Made by a program: the position numbers and the translations under genes
Shown: in pieces, positions 41,401 to 54,472 of the stretch
Layout of the letters: every line of letters begins with the position of its first letter
How positions within the stretch are numbered: position 1 is the stretch's first letter
NCBI GenBank assembly: GCA_004431415.1
Contig: QPMI01000133.1
Coordinates: 186,001-250,000, forward strand
Direction of reading: 5' to 3'
Length of the DNA stretch: 64,000 nt
From: Cyanophora paradoxa CCMP329
Lineage: Eukaryota; Plantae; Glaucophyta
The notes under the pieces: generated by a model
The model's database searches: none
What the model was told of the DNA's origin: nothing
The model's input: only the letters and a program-made list of their open reading frames with translations

Positions 41401-44400
41401 CACGTGGGTAGCAATAGCGGCGCAGGCCTGGGGCCGGGGCCCCGAGCCAGGGCCAAGATCTAGAGGCATGCCGGCGGGTCCGGAAGGGAGTGGGGTGGCG
41501 TCGGGGCGCAGCGGAGGGGTGCTGACTCGACGGGGCGCGGTGGCGGGGCGCAGGACGGGCGGCGGATCGTATCAGGGAGCTGGGACGTCGACGACTCGGT
41601 GCGGGTGTGGGACGTGGAGACGCGGGCGGAGCTGCTGCAGCTGCAGAACCGCACATTCTGGGCGGTCTCGGCGGTGCGCAGGGCGGGGAGCCAGTGCAAG
41701 GCTGGGGCAGGCAGAGAGCGCAAGGGGATGGCGGTGCAGGGCGCCCTGCAGGAAGCAAAAAAGGCGAAGGGCCGGGGCCAGGGCCCCAAGCCAGAACCGA
41801 GATCTAGAGGAATGCGGGTCGGTTTGAAGGGGAGTGGGGCAGCGAAGGAGCTTGGCGGAGGGGCGCTGACGCAATGGGGCGTGGCGGCGGGGCGCAGGAC
41901 GGGCAACGGATTGTGTTGGGGAGCGATGACAAGTCGATACGGGTGTGGGACGTGGAGACAGGGGAGGAGCTGCTTCAGCTGCAGGGCTACAGGAGCGGCG
42001 TCACCTCGGTGGCAATCTCGGCGGTGCGCAGGGCTGGGAGCCAGCGCTAGACTGAGGCAGGCAGAGAGCATGAAGGGATGGCAGCGTGGGGTGGCCTGCG
42101 GATAGCAAAAAAGGCGAAGGGCCGGGGCCCGGGCCCCAAGCTTAAGCCAGGACCGAGATGTTGAGGCATGCCAACGGGTTTGATGGGGAGCGGGGCGGCG
42201 TAGAGGCGCGTCGGAGTTGTGCTGACTCAACGGGGCGCTGCGGCGGGGAGCAGGACGGGCGGCGGATTGTGTCGGGGAGCAACGATGACTCGGTGCGGGT
42301 GTGGGACGCGGAGACGGGGGCGGAGCTGCTGCAGCTGCAGGGCCACACACAACGCGTCACCTCGGTGGCAATCACGGTGGTGCGCAGGGCGGGGAGCCAG
42401 TGCTAGGCTGAGGCAGGCAGAGAGCGCAAGGGATGATCATGATGGCGCGTTGTGCTCCCGGAGTCCACGGGAAGCTAAAGAAGCAATGGGCCGGGGCCGG
42501 GGCCCCGAGCCAGGACCGAGGTCTAGAGGCGTGTGGGAAGGCTCAGAGGGGAGCCGGACAGCAAAGTAGCGCGGCGGTGGAGTGCTAACTCGATGGGGCA
42601 TGGCGCCGGGGCGCAGGACGGGCGGCGGATTGTGTCAGGGAGCGACGACAAGTCAGTGCGGGTGTGGGACGTGGAGACGGGGGCGGAGCTGCTGCAGCTG
42701 CAGGGCCACACAGAACACGTCACCTTGGTGGCGGTCTCGGCGGTGCGCAGGGCGGGGAGCAGTGCTAGGCTGAGGCAGGCAGATCTAGAGAGCGGGAGGC
42801 GATGGCAGTGCGGGGATCCCCGTGGGTCGCAATAGCGGCGAAGGGCCAGGGCCGGGGCCCCGAGCCAGGACCGAGGTCTAGATTCTTTACTATGCCGGCG
42901 GGTTCAGAGGGGAGGGAGGCAGTGTCGAGGCGAAGCAGAGGGGTGCTGACGCAATGGGGCGCGGCGGTGGGGCGCAGGACGGGGGACGAATCTTGTCGAG
43001 GAGCAATGACATCACGATATCGATGCGGGTGTGGGACGCGGAGACGGGGGCGGAGCTGCTGCAGCTGGAGGGCCGCACATTCTGGGCGGTCTCGGCGGTG
43101 CGCAGAGCAGGATGCTAGTGCTAGGCTGAGGCAGGCAGAGAGCGTGAGGGGATAGCGGCGGGAGGCGCCCCGCAGGAAGCAAAGAAGGTGAAGGGCCGGG
43201 GCCAAAGCCCCGAGCCAGGACCGGAATCTAGAAGCATGCGGGTTGGTTCCGGAGGGTAGAGGGGCGGCGTCAGACGGCGGCGGAGGGATGCTGACGCGAT
43301 GGGGCACGGCGGCGGGGCACAGGATGGGCGGCGAATCGTGTCGGCGAGCTCCCATGACTCGGTGCAGGTGTGGGACGTGGAGACGGGGGCGGAGCCGCTG
43401 CAGCTGCAGGGCCACACGGATAGCATCAACTCTGTGGCGGTCTCGACGGTACGTAGGGCGGGGAGCCAATGCTAGGCCGAGGCAGGCAAACTCTGAGAGA
43501 GCGCAAGGGGATGGCGGAGCGGGGGGCTCTGCGCAGTGCGGGTAAGAAAAGAGGCAAAGGGCCGGGGTCGCGATCAGGGCCGGGCTGGGGCCCCGAGCCA
43601 GGATCAATATCCAGAGGCATGCAGGCGGGTCGGGAGGGGAGCAGAGCAGTGTCGGAGCGCAGCGAAGGTGCACTGATGCGATGGGGCGGGGTGCCGGGGT
43701 GCAGGACGGGCGGCGGATTGTGTCGGGGAGCGACGACAAGTCAGTGCGGGTGTGGGACGCAGAGACTGGGGCGGAGCTGTTGCAGCTGCATGGCCACGCG
43801 TGGGGAGTCAACTCGGCGGCGGTCTCGGCGGTGCGCAGGGTGGGGAGCCAGTGCTAGTCTGTCACAGGAAGAGAGCGCAAGGGGAAGACAGCGCGGGGTG
43901 CCCAGCGGATAGCAAATTAAAAGAGGCAAAGGGCGGGGGCCGGGCCCCCGGGCCCCGAGCCAGGACCGAGATATAGAGGCATATGTTGCCGGCCGGTCGG
44001 GAGGGGAGCACAGCAGTGTTGGAGCACAGTGGAGGGGTGCTGACTCGATGGGGCGTGGCGGCGGGGCGCAGGACGGGCGGCGGATTGTGTCGGGGAGCCT
44101 CAAAAAGTCGATGCGGGTGTGGGACGCGGAGACGGGGGCGGAGCTGCTGCAGCTGCAGGGCCACAGGGGCACCGTCACATCAGTGGTGTTCTCGGTGGTG
44201 CGCAGGGCGGGGAGCCAGTGCTAGACTGAGGCAGGCAGAGAGCGCAATGGGGTGGCCGTGCGGGGAGCCCCCTGGGTTGCAATAGTGGCGAAGGCCTGGG
44301 GCCGGGGCCCCGAGCCAGGAATGAGATCTAGAGGGTCTAGAGGGGAGCTGGGCGGCGTCAGCGCACAGCCAAGGGGTGCTGACGCGATGGGGCGGGGTGC

Positions 44401-47400
44401 CGGGGCGCAGGACGGGCGGTGGATCGTGTCGGGCGGCTGGGACGACTTGGTACGGGTGTGGGATGCAGAGACAGGGGCGGAGCTGCTGCAGCTGCAGGGC
44501 CACGCGGGCGGCGTCACCTCGGTGGCGGTCTCGGTGGTGCGCAGGGCGGGGAGCCATTTCTAGGCTGAGGCAGGCAGAGAGTGTGAGGGGATGGCGGCGC
44601 AGGGCGGCCTGCGGGTAGCAATAGCGGCAAAGGGCCGGGGCTGTGGCCCCGAGCCAGGTCCAAGATGCATGTGGGCAGGTCCAGAAGAGAGTGGGTTGGC
44701 GTTTGGGGCGCGGTGGAGGGATGCTGACACGATTGGGCACGGTGTCGGGGTGCAGGACGGGCAGCGGATTGTGTCGGGGAGCACCGATGAGTCGGTGCGG
44801 GTGTGGGACGCAGAGACAGGGGCGGAGCTGCTGCAGCTGCATGGCCACACGGGCTTCGTCAACTCAGTGGCGGTCTCGGCGGTGCGCAGGGCGGGGAGCC
44901 AGTGCTAAGCCAAGGCAGGCACTGCGGCAGAGAGCGCAATGGGATGGCGGTGCGGGGAGCCCCCTGGGTAGCAATAGTGGCGAAGGCCTGGGGCCGGGGC
45001 CCCGAGCCAGGACCTAGATCTTGAGGCATGCCAACGGGTCCGATGGGGAGCGGGGCGGCGTAGAGGCGCGTCGGAGTTGTGCTGACTCAACGGGGCGCTG
45101 CGGCGGGGAGCAGGACGGGCGGCGGATTGTGTCGGGGAGCAACGATGACTCGGTGCGGGTGTGGGACGCGGAGACGGGGGCGGAGCTGCTGCAGCTGCAG
45201 GGCCACACACAACGCGTCACCTCGGTGGCAGTCTCGGCGGTGCGCAGGGCGGGGAGCCAGTGCTAGGCTGAGGCAGGCAGAGAGCGCAAGGGATGATCAT
45301 GATGGCGCGTTGTGCTCCCGGAGTCCACGGGAAGCTAAAGAAGCAATGTGCCGGGGCCGGGGCCCCAAGCCAGGACCGAGGTCTAGAGGCGTGTGGGAAG
45401 GCTCAGAGGGGAGCCGGACAGCAAAGTAGCGCGGCGGTGGAGCGCTCACTCGATGGGGCATGGCGCCGGGGCGCAGGACGGGCGGCGGATTGTGTCGGGG
45501 AGCGACGACAAGTCGATACGGTTGTGGGACGTGGAGACGGGGGCGGAGCTGCTGCAGCTGCAGGGCCACACACAACGCGTCACCTCGGTGGCAGTCTCGG
45601 CGGTGCGCAGGGCGGGGAGCAGTGCTAGGCTGAGGCAGGCAGATCTAGAGAGCGGGAGGCGATGGCAGTGCGGGGATCCCCGTGGGTAGCAATAGCGGCG
45701 AAGGGCCAGGGCCGGGGCCCCGAGCCAGGAAAAGGATCTAGAGGCATGCCAACAGCGGAGCGGGGCGGCGTCGGAGCGCAGCCGAGGGGCCCTGACGCGA
45801 TGGGGCGTGGCGGCGGGGTGCAGGATGGGCGGCGGATTGTGTCAGGGAGCGACGACCAGTCAGTGCGGGTGTGGGACGCGGAGACGGGGGCGGAGCTGCT
45901 GCCGCTGCAAGGCCACAGGGGCATTGTCAAATCGGTGGCGGTCCCGGTGGTGCGCATGCGCAGAGCAAGATGCCAGTGCTTCGCCACCGGGCTGAGGCAG
46001 ACAGAGAGCTTATACATAAGGGGATGGCGGGGCAGGGCGGCCCACAGGTAGCAAAAGATCAAGAGGGGAAGGGCCGGGGCCGGGGCCCCAAGCCGGGACC
46101 GGAATCTAGAGGAATGCCGGCGGGTCTGGAGGGAGCGGGGCAGTGGCGGGGCGCAGCAGAGGGGTCCTGACGCGATGGGGCGGGGTGCCGGGGAGCAGGA
46201 CGGGCGGCGAATTGTGTCAGGGAGCGACGACAAGTCGATACGGGTGTGGGACGTGGAGACGGGGGAGGAGCTGCTGCAGCTGCAGGGCCACGCGGGCAGT
46301 GTCAACTCGGTGGCAATCTCGTCGGTGCGCAGGGCAGGGAGCCAGTGCTAGGCTGAGGCAGGCAGAGAGCGCAAGGGGATGGCAGCGCTGGGTGGCCCGC
46401 AGGAAGCAAAAGAGGGGAAGGACCAGGGCGGGGGCCGCAAGCAAGGACCGAGATCTAGAGGCTGCGGGCATGCCGGCAGGTCTGGATAGTAAGAGAGTGG
46501 GGCAGCGTCCAGGGGCGGCAGAGGAGTGCTGACGCAATAGGGCACGGCGGCGGGGCGCAGGACCGACGGCGGATTGTGTCAGGGAGCGATGACAAGTCAG
46601 TGCGGGTGTGGGACGCAGAGATGGGGGCGGAGCTTCTGCAGCTGCAGGGCCACACGGGCAGCGTCAACTCGGTGGCAGTCTCGGCGGTGCGCAGGGCGGG
46701 GAGCCAGTGCTAGGCTGAGGCAGGCAGAGAGCGCAAGGGGATGGCGGAGCGGGGGGCTCTGCGCAGTGCGGGTAGCAAAAGAGGCAAAGGGCCGGGGCCG
46801 GGGCCCCGAGCCAGGACCAATATCTAGAGGCACGCGGGTCGGTCCAGAGGGGAGCGTGGGGGTGGGATGCTGGCACTGATGCGATGAGGTGCGGTCATGA
46901 TCATGGGATGCAGGACCGGCGGTGGATCGTGTCGGGGAGCGATGACTACTCGGTAAGGGTGTGGGACGCGGAGACGGGGGCGGAGCTGCTGCAGCTGCAG
47001 GGCCACACGGGCAGCATCATGTCGGTGGCGGTCTTTGCAGTGCGTGGCGTGGCTGCGGGGAGCCACGGCTAGGTTGCTCTCGCTAACCGATTGGCTTTTA
47101 TGCTTATGATCATAATAAAGCTTCTAGCTGCATTTTCTGACCTGATTGCACGGCACAGGACGGCGTCGTTACGCGCTCAGCTTCGGGCCGTGCACTGGCG
47201 TGGGCGCTCCCCTCTGGAGAGCCCACCGACCCGGCGTCCATCGATCCGGCGTTCAGTGATCCGGAGGAGGAGGAGAGCGAGGAGGAGGAGGAGGGTGAGG
47301 AGGGCGATCGCGCAAGTCGAAGTGTTCCATTCGCCGTCTGTTTGCTTCCCGTGCGCTCAGCCACCGCCATTAAAAATTATAGCTAGCGTCTTCGTTGGGC

Positions 47401-47837
47401 CCCCTCGCTCCGTGTGACGAGGGGAGGCATGCACAGGGCGGGGGGTCGCTGCTTGCTGTCGCGAGCCCGGCGCGCGGTCTCTCCGTCGAGCGCATACCCG
47501 TGCGCCGCCGCCGCCGTCCCGAGAGCCCTTCGGCCTCCGCTGAGCGCCGGCTGCTCGGCGCGCGCAGCCCTTCCGCTGCACGCGGCGCATCGCCCGCATG
47601 GCACCCCTGGAGGCGCGCGGGGCGCGGGTGCGTCGCGTCCGTGGCGCCAGCGCGGCCGGAGCTCTGGGTCGGGCCCCTTGCGAGGCGGGCGGGGCGGGGC
47701 GGCAGGTGGACGCGGGGACGGCGCTGGAGCCGCGGCTGCGGCGGCTGCTGCTGCAGCTCGGCGCCCTCGAGGCCGGCGGGGCCGCGGCGGCTGGTGCGGG
47801 GGCCGAGGGGGGGAAGCCCGTGGGGCAGCAGCGGTGA
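32496..47837 (+). CDS. Putative NLR-like gene: acylation motif, helical region, TIR, SAM x2, NACHT, pentapeptide, WD40 x17 (multi-exon; single-gene model is tentative)
   Basis: MGCGASS start. TIR-like [30 protein letters not shown]. Two SAM motifs. [29 protein letters not shown] and [29 protein letters not shown]40 exons follow. Confidence 0.65.
41186..47039 (+). repeat. Tandem array of 17 WD40 exon-plus-intron units, about 340-380 bp each
   Basis: Exons start at 41186, 41554, 41898, 42254, 42617, 42978, 43323, 43705, 44072, 44411, 44756, 45114, 45477, 45824, 46199, 46561 and 46914 (each within a few bases). Consensus [42 protein letters not shown]. Confidence 0.93.
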
Positions 47838-48108
47838 TTAGAGAACAGCAGCATGGTGATCATTATATTAATTATTACGCCGACCGGTACTCGATTTTGG
47901 TGATGATTACTAGTTCTGTCTTGCATCATGGCACTCAATATTAATGGTTCTGTGGTGTTCGAATATATATTAGCCCTACTGGGGGATCCGGAGGGTCAGG
48001 CGGCGGAGGCGGCCAATTTTTGCAATTGCAAGCTCAAGGGGCCGGGCCGGGGGCCGCGGCAGTATATATATACGTAGCCTAGTAGGTGCGCATGCGGGAC
48101 ACGAGCTC

Positions 48109-48145
<37 letters not shown>

Positions 48146-49621
48146 CGCCGGCGCCGGCGCCCGTACGCGTCCCCCCTCCCCCCCGGCCCCTATAGCTAGG
48201 ACTTTCGATCCGGGCTGCGGGACAGGCCCGGGGCTGCGATGCTCTGCATTTAGATCTGGAGTCTCCGCGCCGGGCCAAGAACCGCAGCGCGGCGGGCGCC
48301 GCGCGCGGTGCTGATATCGATCATGATCAGCCGCGGCTGACTCAGTGATCATGGCCCAAGGCAGGCCTAGGCGCCTCATGATTAGGAGAGGTCAAGGCAG
48401 GCCTAGACTCCTCAGGGCCTGCTTAAGCTTGCAGATCTAGACCGTGCACGTGGCACCGGTACCTCAGCTTGATACTATGATACCAGCTGATCATGCCATG
48501 ATGATCATGGGCTCTATTCTCACATTTTACCAGCGCGGCGCCTGCAGCTGGCAGACCGTGCCGCAGTGCATGTACATGCGCACCTCATGATCAATTGCAA
48601 GCTTAGCCTTCACCTAATTACGCGTGCCGCGGGGGCCAGATCTAGATCTAGATGCATACGCATGCATATGGATCAACATCGGGCCTGCAGCAGGCCTAGC
48701 TATCGGGCCTACGGGCACTGGTCGCGGGGGCGCGAGCACCGCCCGACGGGCAGCAGACGGGCCCGTCCACGGCCGCCGAGTCGCAGACGAGGGAGAAGTA
48801 GCCGCGGACGGGGTCGCAGCCGCAGCGGCCCCCGTAGCACGTCTTCTCCCCCGCTGACCACGGCCATATGCGCACAGAATAACTTAGCTTCCTTTAAATG
48901 CGCCCAGGAGAGCGTTATAATTGAAGGTCTTCGAGATATTCTTCAGTGAGATATGTTGATTAATTATAAGCTTTATGCTCGAGGTCTAGATCTAGATCGA
49001 AGCTTAAGCCCCGGCCCCGTAGCACGTCTTCTCCCCAGCTGCGCCCAGGATAATATTTTTTGGTTTAATATAAGCTTCGAATTCACGCTTAATGCTTGGG
49101 AGTAACAACGAAAAGGAATGCGCCCATGATATATATAGCTTTAAAATCGAAACAAAATGAGAAGTGAAGGTACTTAACAAGCGATAGAAGGAGTGTTGTC
49201 ATAAGCTTGCGCTATGGCTAGAAGCAAACTATGCGGGGCGGGCGGGCGGGCGGGCGCACGGCAGGCGGCGTCGTCGCCGGGGCAGCACTCCTGGCAGTCG
49301 ACGGGCCCGCTGCCCCCGATCACCGAGCTCGCGCAGCACTTCCGCCCGGCCGCTGACCGATGATCATGAGACGCGGCGGGTTAAACGTTAGATTCAGATT
49401 TAGATCTAGATCCCCTAGGAGGAAAGGAAGGGGGGGGGGGGGGGGGGGGGATTCAGGGAGAAAAGAGAGGAACCTCGGAGAAATGAGTTTGTGAGGAGAG
49501 CTTCAAATGCATGGATCCGGAGATTTATAGGAGCGCGAGGAGAGGTAGGGAGCAGAGAAGGCAAGTCAGACTGAGGGAAAGGAGCAGGCCGGAGGTGGGG
49601 AGGGGGGGGGGGGAGGAGGGG

Positions 49622-50212
49622 GCCGCGCACGAGCAGCTCCCGGCGGAGGAACGCTCCCCCGGCGTGCCTCCCCACCTGAGCGGGCGCGGAAGTCAGGCGG
49701 GCAAGGAAAGGAAGGGCCGAAGGGGCGTCCGCCTCCTGCGCCTCGGCGCCGGCCGCGTCGCCCCCGGCGGCCGCCCGCACGACCGCCTCCCCGGGCGCCA
49801 TCCACTGGAACAGCTGCAGCTGCGCCGAACGCGGGGCTGAGCAGATCTGAAAAAAAAGTGGAGGGGGGTACGCGTACGCGGTCCATGACGGGCCCGAGGG
49901 CGGCGGGGTCGCGGCGGAAGTACGGCGAGAGCGCCTCCGCCGCGTGCGAGAGCTGATTCGCCAGCAGCGCCGATTTCTGCCGGGGGGGGGGGGTCAGAGG
50001 GGGTACGCGGTTTCGCGGAGGGGGTCGGGGGTACCGAGGCGTCGAAGGAGAGGAGCATGCGGACGGCGGCGGAGAGCATCTCGAGGACGCCGGGGGCGGG
50101 CGGGGTCGGGGGGTACGACGCGCTTGGCGGGCGTCGAGGGCGAGGTGGGGTTGGGGGATGGCGCGGAGGAGCCCGCCGCTGGCTGCGACGTCGGGTCGGG
50201 CAGCGCCGAGTT
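49622..50212 (-). pseudogene. Second inverted partial copy of exportin-5 (about 57260-57870)
   Basis: GVLEMLSAAVRMLLSFDAS...FQWMAPGEA...VGRHAGGAFLR, with an 18-nt deletion (LCVALA) relative to the intact gene. Confidence 0.85.
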
Positions 50213-51112
50213 AGGGTAGGGGGTCAAACAGCGAAGAGGAGAGGACGGTGATACTTGGGGCTACGTATATACGGCGCGCCTGGGTCCCGCGCGCGCGCCC
50301 GCAGCTCGAAGCTCGAAGCTCAACTCTGTCTCCTGGACCACCCGCCGCCAACGTCTGCGATCCACCGCATGCGCATGCTCGTGAGAAGCGGCGGGGCTGG
50401 GCGTGGCGGGATGGAAGCAACGCAAACGACGTCGACGCGAACCTGCACACGCCACGCGCAAGGGCCAGCTCGCCTGCACTCCGGATCCGAGCGTTTGAAA
50501 GCGCCGCTCAGCACCGCGTCCGGCAGCGCATTGAACGCCCCGGCCGCGGTGCCTGACATCGACATCGCTGCATGCGCTGCTGTCTCGCGCGCTCCAGCGC
50601 TCCACTACGCTGCACCTTGAGCGTTTTTGAAAGCGTCGCTCAGCACCGCGTGCGGCAGCGCTTCGAACGCTGCCGGTGCTTGCGGAGGCGTTGGCAGTCG
50701 CGCGCGGCGCACGCCGCGCGTACGGCGGCGCTGCGCACGCGGGCCCGCGGCCGGCCCGCTTCTCGACGCGGGCCCGCTTCTCCGCGCGCTGTCAGCTTCC
50801 CGACATCGCGAGGCCTATGCCTGCAATCAAATCATGCGATCAGCACACAGCGGAAGGCGGGCGATGCGATGCTAGTTCGCCGAGTCGCACCGGGAGCTCC
50901 TCGGCGAGCGTGGAGCTCCTCGGCGGGCATGGAACTCCTCGTTTCAAGCGAGCGTGCTGGCTGGCGGCTGTCTGGCAGTGGCTGCAGAGCTCAGAAGCGG
51001 GGTACAGTCGTCAAGACCTGCGAGGTAACGCCGTTCCGGCGCACTGAAGCGGCCCTTCGGGAATTCCTGTTGCCTAGCACCGGCCCAACTCGCTCAAACC
51101 GCCGGAGCTGCG

Positions 51113-52290
51113 ATGGCCGACCGCGTGGTGCTCCGAGTTCAGGAGCTCGCGGCCGGCCCCAGCTCGCGACAGACCTCTTACAGAGGTATTGCCGCGGAGG
51201 CACAGCGGAGAGTTCCGCACGAGGTCAGCGATCGCCGCGCCCCGCCTAGGACCCGACCGATACTAACCACTTTCCTCGCGCAGGACGGGTTGATGCCGGC
51301 ACCGAGCGGCAGCAGCGCGGCGCTATCCCCGCGGCGAGAGGGGCCGCTGTACTCGCGCACGACGCTCACCCACGACAGCCTGCCCACGGACCCCTTCCGC
51401 GGCTTTGACCGCGTGCCGAGCGAGCCGTTCCGGGGCTTCGAGTACAGCTCCGGCCCGGCCATCCCGCGCTCGATCAGCTCCGATTTCCCGAAGGCGCCCA
51501 GCGGCGGCTATGCGCAGGCGCCCGGCTCCGCTTTCCCGAAGGCGCCCAGCGGCGGCTACGCGCAGGGGTCGCACGGCGGCTATTCGCGGCCGCCCGGGGT
51601 CCCGGCCGTTCCGCCGCCGGCGCACTGGGAGACGATCGAGAGCGAGCCGCGGCTGCAACTGCGGCCCGGCGGCGGCCCGCCGCCTCCCCCCTTGCCCAAG
51701 ACCTTCGTGCCGGGGGCGGGCCGCGGGCCCGTCCCGCCGCGCTCGACGTCGGCGCCGCCCCGGAGCCGCCTGCAGGAGATGCAGGAGCTGCAAGGACCGC
51801 ACCGGCAGGCGGCGGGCCGCCCCGGACGCTCCCAAAGTATCACGCGGGACCAGGGGTACGACAGCGGCGCGATGGAGCCGGAGGATCTGCGGGTATGGGG
51901 CCTGGCCGACAGCTACGAGCTGTACCCCGAGATGGACGACGACAACGAGCCGGCGATCGGCCTACCCTACCGCCACAAGTCCGGCACCAACCGCCTCAAG
52001 ATCCCGGTACCCCCCTTGCCCCCGCCCCCTCCCTCCCCGCCCCGCCCCGCCCCCGATCCTGAATCGTGAGCGCGCGCAGAACCCCGACAAGAACCCGCGC
52101 GTCCACACCAAGGGCTGCTGCTCCGCGTGCGCCCGATCTCGTACCCCCCAAGACGTCCGTTTCAAATTTAATCCCGTACCCCGGCAGCTGGGACGTGGTC
52201 TGGGACAACTACCTTACGATGCTGACGAAGGTCGGCGCCTGCGCCGAAAAGCCCATACAGCGGCGGATACGCCGAATGCTGCCCTGAGTC
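51113..52290 (+). CDS. Host proline-rich hypothetical protein, multi-exon
   Basis: Long coding-like frame with a FPKAPSGGYAQ duplication and downstream exons NPDKNPRVHTKGCCSAC and WDVVWDNYLTMLTK. Boundaries uncertain. Confidence 0.45.
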
Positions 52291-52436
52291 GATCATACCC
52301 CGCCCCAGTCGATCGTACCCCACCGCCCACCACACACTGCCCCCGCCCCTGCCCGCGCCTCTTGTTCTTCTTCTTCTTCTTTGAAATCATATTTGGATTC
52401 TGCTCAGCGGGAAAGCTCAAGGGCAGTTGGCGCCCC

Positions 52437-54331
52437 TCACATCCACGCTGGCCGGCCCTTGGAGAGGTCCGCCGTGTTCGGGACGCTTCGGAAGGGGGGC
52501 CCCCGGAGCCCCAGCCTCCCTCCTCCCCCGCCTCCGCCTCCTCCGCTGCCAGCGCTGCCGGCGCTGCCGCTCACCGCCGCCACGTGCCCCGGGGGCAGTC
52601 CCTCCAGGCTCGCCAGCCAGCCGGGGAGGGCGCCGGGGCCCAGGGCTGGGCCCCGCGCCAGGGCCTGAAGCGCGCTCTCGAAGGGCCCGCCGAACCGGCT
52701 CGGAGGCGAGGGGGGAGACTCGGGGGCCATGCCGGGGTCGGGGTCCAGCCTGCAGCCGCGCCGGTACCCCTCCGGGAGGGGCGCCGGCCTGGGCGCCGTG
52801 TGCCGGCCCGGGGTAGGCGACCCGTGCGCCAACCGCGCGATCCGATCCCGCAACAGCGCTTCCTGCGCGCACAGGGGGTACAGACTCTTAGTGGGGGTAC
52901 AGATCGTCACGCAGAGGCCGGACGGGTACCAATTCGGAGAGCTGGTAGAACTTCGCCTCGCGCTCCAGTCGCTGCAGGACGTGCGGGTCGTCCGGAAGCA
53001 CCGCCTGCGCCGAAAATACGCTTTCAGAATCAATGGCGTACCCCTACCCCCTGCTCCGGAGACGTTCGAGGGAAGCCTAAGAGCTCACGTCGGTTCCGTC
53101 GCGGAGGTAATTCAAGACGTACTCGAAGCACGTGCCGTCCCGGTCCACGAAAACGGCGCCGTCCGCTTCCCTCTGGGGGTACCGGTGCGCGGTCGGGTTG
53201 GATGGGGGGGGGGAAGAGCAGGGGGTACCGCACCTTGACGGCGAAGTTGCCGCCCAGGAGGCACCCGAAGAACGTGTCCGAGAGGCGCGTGAGGGTGCTC
53301 TTGCTCGTCTCGAATCTAGCGCGGGTTCGAATCGGCGGAGGGCCGCTTTCAGCGCGGCGCGGCGCGGGGCGCACCGCCGGCCGCCGATGTTAAGGACCAC
53401 CTTGTCCTCGTGCCACCCGTTCGCCTGCTGCGTCACCAGCTTCTCCATTTCGTACTCTGCGATGCGAGACGGGTACGGGTTAGCCACAAAGAGGCGGAGG
53501 CCCGGCCCGGCCGGGACGGGTACCGTCGACGAGGCGGCGCAGGTGGGTACGCTCGGCCTCGAGCCGGACGGCGGCCTCGTCCAGGCCCGCCCGCTCCGCC
53601 CGCATGCGCTGCAGAAGCGCGCGCTCTGCTTCCAGGCCCTGCGTCTGGCTGCGGATGCATCCCTGCAGGCTCCGCTGGCACCGCTCCTGGCAGTCTCGGA
53701 GCGCTGCATGCGGGCCGCGCGTTGGCGCCCGCGCTAGGCGGCGGAGAGGGGCGAGCGAGGCGGGCGGGCGGCCCCGGCAGCGCACCGGAGCGCAGATCCG
53801 CGGCGAGTTGGTTCACGAGCTCCTCTGCCGTCGCGAAGGTCCCCTCGATTGACTGCGGCGAAGCTTCAGCGTCGGGCGCGGAGCGGAGCGGTCAATCGGG
53901 GGCGGGAGCGGGCGAGCCTGCTCCATCCCCTTCGCCTCGTGAACGTGCCCCTCAAAGACCTCCAACGCGCTCTGAAGCGCGCGACGGGTCGGGCTGCGTG
54001 TGCCGGCGGCGGAAGGCACGCACAATCAGCTCAGCGATGCCCGAGCTCGGCTGGGCTTCTCGCGGCGGAGGCAGCGGGGGCAGCGAGCTGGAGCTCTCTC
54101 TCGCCTCGGCCGGCTCAGTCCTCGCCTCGCCCGGCGCCTGCTGGAGCACGCGGGCCTGCGGTCACGCTCAGGTTCACCCAGTGCGCAGCGTACGCGACTG
54201 GGGAGGCGGGCGGACCGCACCTGAACAACAACCGGTGACTCATCGTCTGTGTCTTCGGCGTCCAGCGGGTCGAGGAAGTCGTCGGCATAGAGCTGCTCGT
54301 CGTCCGCGTCGTCTCCCCGCGCCGCCATCAT
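52437..54331 (-). CDS. BTB/POZ (KCTD/T1-type) domain protein with N-terminal coiled coil, multi-exon
   Basis: KVVLNIGG|RRFETSKSTLTR..TFFGCLL, VFVDRDGTCFEYVLNYLRDG and LEREAKFYQL. Confidence 0.8.
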
Positions 54332-54472
54332 CCCGGCGGTGCCGCAGCTGTGCGACCCGCTCGAAGAAGCACTCGCTCGTACGCAGCAGGACAGCGGGGC
54401 AGGGCAGCGGGAGAAGCAAAGGAAGGGGGGTACGGCGCCCAGACCAAGCCAAACAGCTAGCGGGGCGTCTCC

